The position numbers were made by a program, and so were the translations under genes. Shown here one piece after another: positions 9,093 to 16,854 of a stretch of 32,000 nt of DNA. The notes beneath the pieces were generated by a model that ran no database searches, had not been told where the DNA came from, and worked only from the letters and a program-made list of their open reading frames with translations. Origin of the DNA: Nostoc punctiforme PCC 73102 (GTDB lineage: Bacteria; Cyanobacteriota; Cyanobacteriia; Cyanobacteriales; Nostocaceae); the NCBI RefSeq assembly GCF_000020025.1, contig NC_010628.1:6660001-6692000 (forward strand). Direction: 5' to 3'. Numbering within the stretch: the first letter of the stretch is position 1; every line of letters starts with the position of its first letter.

Positions 9093-9512
9093 ATGCCAGC
9101 CAGAGACATCTACCACGCCGCAGTCATTAAAGCACTTATAGCAGATGGTTAGACAATAACCAACGATTCCTTATACCTCGCTTATGGGGATAGATAACTT
9201 TACGTAGATATTGGAGCAGAAAAAGTTACCATTGCTGCTGAGAGGGATAATCAAAAAATAGCTGTTGAAATCAAAAGTTTTCTGAGTCCTTCTCCCGTGA
9301 ATGACCTCCAGGAAGCTGTAGGACAGTATGAAGTTTATCGCAGCGTGCTTAAAGAACTACAACCAAAACGCCAACTTTATTTAGCAGTTCCCAAGCGAGT
9401 CTATGAAGGTATATTTTCCGAACGCTTTGGTCAGCTAATTCTTAATAGTATAGGAATAAACCTAATTGTCTTTGACGAGCAACTAGAGAGGATTATCAGA
9501 TGGATAAGCTAG
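9093..9512 (+). pseudogene. xisH: xisH (XisH family, PD-(D/E)xK-like) with two in-frame stop codons
   Basis: The frame from ATG 9093 reads MPARDIYHAAVIKALIADG*TITNDSLYLAYGDR*LYVDIGAEK..AVEIKSFLSPSP..., a full-length XisH pattern. It is interrupted by TAG at 9150-9152 (where W is expected) and TAA at 9195-9197. Only the distal 71 codons appear as an ORF. Confidence 0.8.
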
Positions 9513-9835
9513 CTCGGTATCGTGAAATTATTCGTCAGTTGATATTTGACTATGCTGGTCACAAACCTGCTAATGGTCAAATAGAGACTGAAGCTGTCAT
9601 TGACTCGGAGCGAGACCACTACGAAGTACTACATATTGGTTGGGATGGAGTACGCCGCGTACATGGTTCAGTGGTACATATAGATATTATTAATGATAAA
9701 GTGTGGATTCAATATGATGGTACTTCTCAGCCAGTGGCAGAAGCATTATTAGAAGCGGGTATTTTGCGCGAAGATATTGTTTTGGGTTTTCATCCTGCTG
9801 AACTACGGCAATACACGGATTTTGCTGTATTTTAA
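9500..9835 (+). CDS. xisI: XisI family protein
   Basis: 111-aa product MDKLARYREIIRQLIFDYAG...DHYEVLHIGWDG.RRVHGSVVHIDIINDKVWIQYDGT... is the typical XisI pattern. Its start overlaps the xisH end, as in other xisHI pairs. Confidence 0.85.
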   Translation: MDKLARYREIIRQLIFDYAGHKPANGQIETEAVIDSERDHYEVLHIGWDGVRRVHGSVVHIDIINDKVWIQYDGTSQPVAEALLEAGILREDIVLGFHPAELRQYTDFAVF

Positions 9836-10043
9836 TTATCTTTAATTGTGTAATTCTCAAAGAAGAAAGAAGCAATAAACTTGATCCTAGCGATCGCTTT
9901 AAATGGCGATCGCAGATGAAAGAATCGACTTTAGAAAGGCTAAGAATTTTAAACAAGCTCTAGCTGATTTGAAAGTGCTGTTAGCGGTAGCAGGGCGTTT
10001 AGCCCGTGCTGAGTAATAATCATTGAGTGGCGATCGCTCTAAA

Positions 10044-10137
10044 AGGAACAAGTGACAGCCGCAGGCATGATTAATTCTAGCTTTGCGGATGAACTGTTTA
10101 ATCACATCACACGCGAGTTGAACCAACAGATATTGAG
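10044..10137 (+). pseudogene. displaced, diverged copy of the apcF 3' end (direct repeat of 6031-6125)
   Basis: Hand alignment to apcF 6031-6125 gives roughly 80% identity over about 95 nt, with one 1-nt indel that removes the stop. There is a 21-nt identical core atcacatcacacgcgagttga (6088-6108 and 10101-10121). It translates KEQVTAAGMINSSFADELFNHITRELNQQI versus apcF KEQVAAAGVVNTAFVDEPFDHITRELSEQDI. Confidence 0.8.
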
Positions 10138-10272
10138 TAATTCAACAAGCAGTATAAAATATAGCGATCGCACTTTTGTCTTTGTTGGGAAAGAGCGATC
10201 GCTTTTTTAATTCAAGTTTTTGCCGCTAAAGGACAATATCACGCCTTTCTAATCTAGATCAAAAAAGCTATG

Positions 10273-11455
10273 TTAGCGTTGTCCACTTTGTATTTTGTCG
10301 AAGATTGCGCCGTCATCGAAAAACTTCTTCTGAACAGTATCCCAGCCTCCCAAACTCTGAACGTTGTAAAGCTTAGAAATCTTGGGAAATTTATTCTGTA
10401 CTTCCTTTATTACAGTAGAGTTAACAGGTCGAAAACCAACTTTGGCAAATTCACGTTGAGCTTCTGGTGTAAAAAGAAAATTTACAAAACCTTCCGAAAC
10501 CTGGCGAGTACCGTGCTTGTCAACATTCTTATCCACAACTGCTACTGGGCCATCCTATAGAAATGTTCACCTGGGGAACCACATAAGAAGGTGAAGTTTT
10601 TCCTTGTTGTGCTGCTAAGATAATCTCATTTTCATAGTTAAGCAAAACATCCCCTTGACCTTTCTTGTAAAAGACATCGCTTGATTCTCGCGCATCTTTA
10701 GGTAACACAGGGACATTGCGAAAGACTTGGGTAACATAGTTAAGAGCTTGAGCTTCACTTCCATCATTTTTGGTGATTCCACCCCACAAAGCCAGGAAGT
10801 TCCACCGCGCACCTCCTGAAGTTTTAGGGTTTGCTGTAATCACCTTGACCCCTGGTTTAGTTAAATCACTCCAACTCTGGATCTTTTTCGGATTACCTTC
10901 ACGAGTTTCTAGAGCAACTACTGAGTGGGTAACAATTGAGTTATTTGATGCTTCCTTTTCCCAGCCTGGTTGAATCAGTCCAGCTTTTTCAATTTTTTTG
11001 GTATCCAATGCCAGTGCCAAGGCTACAACATCTGCTTCTAATCCGTCAATTACTGCACGGGTTTGAGAGCCAGAACCACCATAGCTTTCCCGAATCACTA
11101 CATCTTGACCTTTTTCGCGTTTCCATTTCGCTACAAATTTAGGAATGATTTTCTGGTAAGCGGCTTTAGTGACTGCGTAGGAAACCAGAGTTATTTCAAC
11201 TGTTTTACCGCCTTGACTAATCAATTCAGGCTTCTGGTTAGTTTTATCAGCAGTCCCCGCAGCATAAGCAGGAATAAGGACACTTAAGCTCAAGCCAGTT
11301 GCGAATAAGAATGCAGAGGTTTTAGTTGAGGTAGGCTTTAATTGCAGAAGTAGCTGTCTGGCTGGGCGGAAAACTTGTAACTTTTTGGCTTGCAGATGTG
11401 TCATAGAAGCTGGGTGTTGTGTAGTTGCTTGATTAAACAACGGTAATTCGGTCAA
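10273..11455 (-). pseudogene. sulfate/thiosulfate ABC transporter substrate-binding protein paralog with a single-base frameshift
   Basis: ORFs 10529..11455 and 10273..10536 together are colinear with the intact paralog at 11856..13046. The frame breaks at ...VNISI|GWPSSSCG*, where ISIDGPVAVVDKNVDKHG is expected. One extra base in the CC doublet at about 10554-10555 explains it. The likely start is ATG 11404 rather than the listed TTG 11455. Confidence 0.8.
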
Positions 11456-11634
11456 CTTACCGCTGTTAGTCCTGAGAAAGAGATTATTAGATTAATTCTC
11501 AGAATTCAACTATTTTTTATACTAAAAATTTTGATTTTTTCCTGGGTAAACTCTTAGTGCAGATATGTAAAATATCTGACTACTATTTCAAATGAGAGAG
11601 AAAAATAACTAATGTCAAATTCTCAATTCCCTAG

Positions 11635-11678
11635 CAAATTGCTTGATACATTGATTAGCTGATGTATCAAGCAATTTG
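11635..11678. promoter_or_regulatory. 17-bp perfect inverted repeat in the divergent sbpA/sbpA' promoter region
   Basis: caaattgcttgatacat (11635-11651), a 10-nt spacer, then atgtatcaagcaatttg (11662-11678). TTGATAC/GTATCAA half-sites recur at 11643, 11664 and 11676. Confidence 0.4.
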
Positions 11679-11855
11679 ATACTTGAAAATAAAAGTATTT
11701 TAATTCCTTACATAATTGGTAGAATCACCATATTCTTGATGAAGAATGTGAGGTTTATTAGTGTTTGCAACTAGTTAGATGTAATCATCCGGTATGATAA
11801 ACACTATATAACTGTATTCCCATCAGTTATTTGTAGATTTAGCGGAGGAAATGGA

Positions 11856-13046
11856 ATGAGTTTGTGGCAACGCCCACTGAAAAGATTACAAGCGATGTCT
11901 TACGACAAGCTGCTTCTCTCCGAGACGCTACGCGAACGCATCTACGCTGAACATAGAACATATCGGTTCAGACTAAATTCGCTCAAAAGCTTTGTATCGC
12001 TCTTTTTAGTAGGGACTGTTTTGAGTGTGGCGCTTGCCGCCTGCTCTGGTGGAACAGCGAGTAATCCTTCCACTGAAACCCCTAATGCTACTCCTGTGGC
12101 TGCAACCAAAGATAATGTTGAACTAACTCTGGTTTCCTTTGCTGTCACCAAAGCGGCTCACGAAGCAATTATTCCTAAATTTGTAGAACAGTGGAAGAAA
12201 GATCATAACCAAACTGTTGTCTTCAAGCAAAGCTATGGCGGATCTGGTTCTCAAACTCGCGCCGTTATCGATGGTTTGGAAGCAGATGTCGTTCACTTGG
12301 CATTAGCTGGAGACACTTCAAAGATTGAGAAAGCTGGATTAATTCAGCCTGGTTGGGAGAAAGAAGTTCCTAATAATGGTATTGTCTCCAAATCGGTAGC
12401 AGCATTAGTCACCCGTCCAGGAAATCCTAAAGGCATCAAGACTTGGGAAGATTTATCTAAAGCCGGTATCAAACTAATTACTGCTGACCCTAAAACATCA
12501 GGAGTTGCTCGCTGGAATTTCTTAGCTCTTTGGAATTCAGTGATTAAAACTGGTGGAGATGATGCTAAAGCGACTGAATTTGTTAGCAAAGTGTACAAGA
12601 ACGTGCCTTTGTTGACTAAAGATGCTCGTGAAGCTACTGATGCATTTTTCAAACAGGGTCAAGGTGATGCCCTGATTAACTATGAAAATGAGATTATCTT
12701 GGCAGAACAAAAGGGTGAAAAGTTGACTGCGATCATCCCTGATGTCAATATATCTATCGATAATCCCATCGCAGTGGTAGATAAAAATGTTGATAAGCAC
12801 GGTACACGCGAAGTTGCCGAAGGTTTTGTCAAATATCTATATACTCCAGAGGCTCAACAGGAGTTTGCAAAATTAGGATTCCGGCCAGTGGATGATACCT
12901 TGAGCTTAAGTAAAGAAGTTGCAGACAAATTTCCCAAGGTGAAGACTTTAGGTACAGTTGCAGACTTCGGCGGTTGGGATGGAATCAATAAGAAGTTCTT
13001 CGCAGAGGGAGCGATTTTTGACCAGATTCAAGCCAAGAAAAAGTAA
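11856..13046 (+). CDS. sbpA: sulfate ABC transporter substrate-binding lipoprotein
   Basis: 396-aa ORF with GGAGG 7 nt upstream of ATG 11856 and a lipobox (VALAAC). The mature part (SYGGSGSQTRAVIDGLEADVV..., NYENEIILA) is the Sbp/CysP family pattern. It is followed by cysT and cysW. Confidence 0.9.
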   Translation: MSLWQRPLKRLQAMSYDKLLLSETLRERIYAEHRTYRFRLNSLKSFVSLFLVGTVLSVALAACSGGTASNPSTETPNATPVAATKDNVELTLVSFAVTKAAHEAIIPKFVEQWKKDHNQTVVFKQSYGGSGSQTRAVIDGLEADVVHLALAGDTSKIEKAGLIQPGWEKEVPNNGIVSKSVAALVTRPGNPKGIKTWEDLSKAGIKLITADPKTSGVARWNFLALWNSVIKTGGDDAKATEFVSKVYKNVPLLTKDAREATDAFFKQGQGDALINYENEIILAEQKGEKLTAIIPDVNISIDNPIAVVDKNVDKHGTREVAEGFVKYLYTPEAQQEFAKLGFRPVDDTLSLSKEVADKFPKVKTLGTVADFGGWDGINKKFFAEGAIFDQIQAKKK

Positions 13047-13140
13047 TTAGTCATTAGTCAATCGTGAGTGGTCAGTAGAAAAAACACCCAATCACTAACA
13101 AAAAACTTCGGTGTTGTTGAATCGAGTTATGAAGCTGGAT

Positions 13141-13169
13141 GTAGAGACGTTGCAATGCAACGTCTCTAC
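13141..13169. repeat. intercistronic 13-bp-stem hairpin (gtagagacgttgc aat gcaacgtctctac)
   Basis: Perfect 13-bp stem with a 3-nt loop between the sbpA stop and the cysT start. I recognise GTAGAGACG...CGTCTCTAC hairpins as a dispersed Nostocales repeat type (recollection). Confidence 0.55.
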
Positions 13170-13259
13170 AAAGATTTTGAAATTACGCAAAATTATTTTT
13201 CATACCCCAATCAGCAACACCAAAACTTCTTGTGAATTTTAATTTTTGAATTTTTGACT

Positions 13260-14120
13260 ATGACAACTGTATCTCCGTCTCTGGAAGTTGAACGCAAAAT
13301 ACCGTTCTGGAAGAAATTGGGGCGGGTTCCCTGGACTTGGCGAATCACTATAGGGTACCTGACAGTGATGTTGTTTATCCCCATAATTGCCATGTTCCTG
13401 AAAGCGAGTACGGAACCTCCAGCGAGATTTTGGGCGATCGCAACCAGTGATATCGCATTAGCCACCTATAATGTCACTTTTGTCACAGCAATATTTGCTG
13501 CCTTACTCAATGGCGTATTTGGTACCCTAATTGCTTGGGTTCTGGTGCGCTACGACTTTCCCTTAAAACGCTTGATTGATGCCACAGTAGATTTACCATT
13601 CGCGCTGCCAACTTCAGTAGCAGGGCTAACCCTAGCAACTGTTTACAGCGATAATGGCTGGATAGGTTCGCTACTAGCACCACTGGGAATTAAGGTAGCT
13701 TTTACCCGCACGGGAGTAGCGGTAGCAATGATATTTATCTCACTACCCTTTATTGTGAGAACTGTGCAACCCGTACTTCAGGAAATGGAACATGAAATTG
13801 AAGAAGCTTCTTGGTGTTTGGGTGCTTCTCAATGGCAGACCTTCTGGAAAGTAATTTTGCCACCTTTATTTCCGACGATTTTAACTGGTGTTGCCTTAGG
13901 TTTCTCCCGTGCAGTTGGGGAATATGGGTCAACTGTAATTATCTCTTCCAATACGCCCTATCAAGATTTGATCGCACCCGTGCTAATTTTCCAGCGATTA
14001 GAGCAGTATGACTATTCTGGTGCAACAGTAATTGGCATAGTTTTACTATTAATTTCGTTGGTATTGCTATTGGCAATTAATTTCTTACAAGCATGGGCAA
14101 GACGATATGACAGTAGATAA
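13260..14120 (+). CDS. cysT: sulfate ABC transporter permease CysT
   Basis: Polytopic membrane protein with the ABC permease EAA-type loop ([21 protein letters not shown]). It is directly followed by, and overlaps, cysW. ATG 13260 is preferred to the listed TTG 13254. Confidence 0.9.
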   Translation: MTTVSPSLEVERKIPFWKKLGRVPWTWRITIGYLTVMLFIPIIAMFLKASTEPPARFWAIATSDIALATYNVTFVTAIFAALLNGVFGTLIAWVLVRYDFPLKRLIDATVDLPFALPTSVAGLTLATVYSDNGWIGSLLAPLGIKVAFTRTGVAVAMIFISLPFIVRTVQPVLQEMEHEIEEASWCLGASQWQTFWKVILPPLFPTILTGVALGFSRAVGEYGSTVIISSNTPYQDLIAPVLIFQRLEQYDYSGATVIGIVLLLISLVLLLAINFLQAWARRYDSR

Positions 14121-14982
14121 GCCAAGTTTTCACTCATCTGCATCTGATACACATACAGCCAAGCCTAAAGAGCAGAAGAGTTGGGTGCCAATAGTTTTAA
14201 TTGGTATAGCGATCGCTTATTTAGCCTTAGTTCAATACATCCCTGCAATTAACGTTTTTATCCAAGCCTTCAGCAAGGGATTTGGGCCATTTCTATCCAA
14301 CCTGACGCGACCAGCTTTTCTCCATGCAGCTTGGCTAACATTGTTGTTGGCTGTAATCTCTCTGCCCTTGAATACAATATTTGGGCTATGTGCAGCTTGG
14401 GCGATCGCTCGTCATAAATTTCCTGGACGCGCTGTAGTTTTGAGTATTATTGACTTGCCCTTTTCCATCTCGCCCGTAGTTGCAGGATTGATGATTGTGC
14501 TACTTTACGGACGCAATGGGTGGTTTGGCCCTTGGCTCCAGGCACATGATATCAAAATAATCTTTGCCTTTCCAGGTATGGTGCTGGCTACAGCCTTCGT
14601 GAGTATGCCCTTTGTGGCGCGGGAAGTGATTCCTGTTTTAGAGGAATTTGGTAAGGATCAAGAAGAAGCTGCTAGAACTCTCGGTGCGAAAGATTGGCAG
14701 ATATTTTGGCGTGTCACCTTACCTAGCATCCGTTGGGGCTTACTCTATGGTTTAATTTTGACCAATGCCAGAGCAATGGGTGAATTCGGGGCGGTTTCGG
14801 TGGTATCTGGCAACATTGCTGACCAAACCCAGAGCTTACCACTGTTTGTAGAAGATGCTTACAAACAGTATGAAACCGAAGCTGCTTTCTCTGCGGCTGT
14901 ATTGTTAGCATTGCTAGCAGTAGTAACTTTGGTGCTGAAAGAGATTTTAGAACGGAAAACCAGCATCAAAGATGTTGAATAG
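14107..14982 (+). CDS. cysW: sulfate ABC transporter permease CysW
   Basis: 291-aa polytopic protein with [21 protein letters not shown] (EAA loop). Its start overlaps the cysT stop. Confidence 0.9.
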   Translation: MTVDKPSFHSSASDTHTAKPKEQKSWVPIVLIGIAIAYLALVQYIPAINVFIQAFSKGFGPFLSNLTRPAFLHAAWLTLLLAVISLPLNTIFGLCAAWAIARHKFPGRAVVLSIIDLPFSISPVVAGLMIVLLYGRNGWFGPWLQAHDIKIIFAFPGMVLATAFVSMPFVAREVIPVLEEFGKDQEEAARTLGAKDWQIFWRVTLPSIRWGLLYGLILTNARAMGEFGAVSVVSGNIADQTQSLPLFVEDAYKQYETEAAFSAAVLLALLAVVTLVLKEILERKTSIKDVE

Positions 14983-14987
14983 TTAGG

Positions 14988-15075
14988 TTTTGGGCATGGG
15001 GCATTGGGCATTGGTTATTCATCCTTGTTTCCTTCCCTCCACCCCTTTGCCCCCACTCCCCTCTACGGCTATTAA
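14988..15075 (+). repeat. STRR-like GGGCATT heptamer tract followed by a C/T-rich tract
   Basis: ttttgggcatggggcattgggcattgg, then ccttccctccacccctttgcccccactcccctc. The first 21 nt are identical to the reverse complement of 21320-21340. Confidence 0.55.
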
Positions 15076-15188
15076 CTAAATTATGTCTAGTAACACACCT
15101 ACCAATAAACGGATTCGACTCAGAATTCCTAAAGACTATCACCAGGAACCTGTGATTTCTCGCCTAGTAGTCTGCCAAGCTAACTTTG

Positions 15189-15919
15189 CTATGTTAAATT
15201 TGGATATAAACGCTCCATTTTTCGGCGAGCATCTTTGGTTTGAAAACCCCAATAAACACTAGCTTTTTGCTGATTACGTTTTTTCTCCCAAGCGGCAATC
15301 TCAGAAGTTAATGTTTCTGCATTAGGAATACGCCGTTCTAAACATTGGCGAGATAAAACAGATAATTCGATTTCTACCTGATTCAGCCCTTCGGGTTCGC
15401 CAGTTGCTTCAAGTCGGGGAACCCGCCCAACGCACTGGCTCACCAAGAAGCGTGTTTAGGAGTATAGTGAAACTCTAACTTTTGAATAATTCGACGTGCT
15501 TCTTCTGGTGGAAAAACTTCATATAATGCATTGGGTGTATGAATATTCAAGTTATCAACTACTAAACGAATAACATCGGCATCTCGGTAGGAAACATCTA
15601 CTAAATTTTTCATTTGTTTAGCAAAATCGGCTTTAGTTCGACGTTCTGTAACTTCGATATGCCGCCATCCAGCCAAGGGTTGAAAACATGCGAATAAATT
15701 TACTGTCCCGTTACGTTTATACTCAAAATCATAACGTTCAGGTTGCTCTGGCTGTGGTGGCAAAGGAAGTCTTACTTCTTCTACTAATTGGTATGGACGT
15801 TCATCAAAGCAGACTACAGGGCGTTTAGGATCATAAGGCTCATTGTATAAATCCAGCACATCTTCCATTCGGAAAACATATTCTGCGTTAACTTCAGGAA
15901 TACACCATTGTTCTTTCAA
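15189..15919 (-). pseudogene. IS630 transposase DDE part (orfB), broken by a 56-nt insertion
   Basis: ORFs 15440..15919 and 15189..15446 are the two halves of one DDE domain. ...[10 protein letters not shown] is separated from LNQVEIELSVLSRQCL... by 15387-15442 (56 nt, not a multiple of 3). Confidence 0.75.
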
Positions 15920-16356
15920 CCAAGGCTTAATTTCATTTTTTTTAAAGTTTGACGTACTGTTTCATCTGAGATTGAATCTATGATACCAACGTTCACTAAA
16001 TGATCTGCTAATAATTGCATTGTCCAACGCACTCTTCCTTCTGGCGGATTAGAACAAGCTGTTGCAATCAAAAATGCTTCTTGCTTTTCATCTAATTTTT
16101 TATGTTTTGGTGGATGAACTTCATCCTTTAAAGCAAAATCTAACCCTCCAATGACAAATTTTTCTCGTATTCGTTGCACTGTTGCAACATGCGCTCTAAC
16201 TATGCTAGCGATCGCTTGATCCGTTTCTCCTTCGGAAGCCATCAAAAGAATGTTTGCACGGCTTATGGTTCTTGCCTTATGCTTACCTTTCTTAATTATC
16301 GATTGCAGTTGGGAAACTTCATCTTCATTCAAGTCAACAATGTACTTTTTTGCCAT
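15916..16356 (-). CDS. IS630 transposase, N-terminal HTH part (orfA)
   Basis: 146 aa with paired HTH/winged-helix segments. It ends just after an A8 run (15936-15943 on +) where the -1 frame continues [16 protein letters not shown], the usual IS630 junction. Confidence 0.85.
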   Translation of the reverse strand: MAKKYIVDLNEDEVSQLQSIIKKGKHKARTISRANILLMASEGETDQAIASIVRAHVATVQRIREKFVIGGLDFALKDEVHPPKHKKLDEKQEAFLIATACSNPPEGRVRWTMQLLADHLVNVGIIDSISDETVRQTLKKMKLSLG

Positions 16357-16768
16357 GTTACACCCCGTTTTTGGCTATTTTACCAATTAGAGGTTTTACT
16401 TAGCAAAGTTACCTTGGTAGACTACTAGTGTCTGACTACAATCTGACTGTGAATATCACAGCAGCAATTTTGGGAGCCAATGCTGTCGGTGATGGTTGGT
16501 TTGACCTTGAATTACAAGGAACAGATGCACAAATTCAGAGCGGACTAACCTATCTTCAGGACTTGGAGTTACAAGTCTGGGATGACACTCAAAGAAGTGA
16601 TTGGTAAGGCTTATAGAACAATACAGTTCAGGCTTAAACTCTTTGTTAAGGTTAATTTTTTTAACGAACTGCATTCGCGCAGCGTCTCGTTAGAGAAGGA
16701 CACAAAGGAAGAGAAAGAAGAGAAGGAAGAGAAGGAAGAAATGCTTAACCCAAGCGTATTGAGTTATA

Positions 16769-16816
16769 AAACATTAGTGAAGGTATGCAGCTAACTGTAC
16801 GCCCTCACTAATGTTT
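16769..16816. terminator. bidirectional hairpin between the convergent NIL gene and the FG-GAP/RTX gene
   Basis: aaacattagtga (16769-16780) pairs with tcactaatgttt (16805-16816). A/T runs flank both sides. Confidence 0.5.
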
Positions 16817-16854
16817 TATATTCATATTGAATTATAAACTGCTATACTAACGAG

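Larger units (their letters stand above)
15170..16422 (-). mobile_element. IS630-family insertion sequence (1253 bp)
   Basis: Terminal inverted repeats are GTCTGCCAAGCTAACTTTGCTA (15170-) and GTCTACCAAGGTAACTTTGCTA (reverse complement of -16422), flanked by TA on both sides (15168-69, 16423-24). It has an HTH plus DDE transposase in two frames. Confidence 0.85.
15083..16607 (+). pseudogene. stand-alone NIL-domain protein gene interrupted by an IS630-family element
   Basis: The 5' part is MSSNTPTNKRIRLRIPKDYHQEPVISRLV (15083-15169). The 3' part is (L)VSDYNLTVNITAAILGANAVGDGWFDLELQGTDAQIQSGLTYLQDLELQVWDDTQRSDW* (to 16607). Joined, they are colinear with the NIL modules at 19892 and 20238. Confidence 0.75.

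Noticed and set aside
9690-10126. Minus-strand ORFs 9690..9956 and 9899..10126
   Set aside because: They overlap xisI, the HIP1-rich spacer and the apcF 3' remnant. The + strand interpretation explains the conservation, and the second ORF is simply the antisense of the ApcF-like fragment.
10270-11287. Plus-strand and alternative-frame ORFs inside the frameshifted sbpA paralog (10270..10560, 10615..10812, 10770..10973, 10936..11142, 11063..11287)
   Set aside because: They are antisense to, or out of frame with, a clearly homologous binding-protein gene.
13047-15082. Search for a cysA ATPase gene after cysW
   Set aside because: No Walker A/ABC-signature ORF follows cysW. The next gene is the NIL-domain ORF, so cysA must lie elsewhere in the genome.
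16456-16674. 72-aa minus-strand ORF
   Set aside because: It is antisense to the 3' half of the NIL-domain gene, whose + strand reading is homologous to two paralogs.
16582-16794. 70-aa ORF with an EEKEEKEEKEE run
   Set aside because: It is the translation of a polypurine (GAA/GAG) tract in the intergenic region after the NIL gene, and it overlaps the NIL 3' end in another frame.
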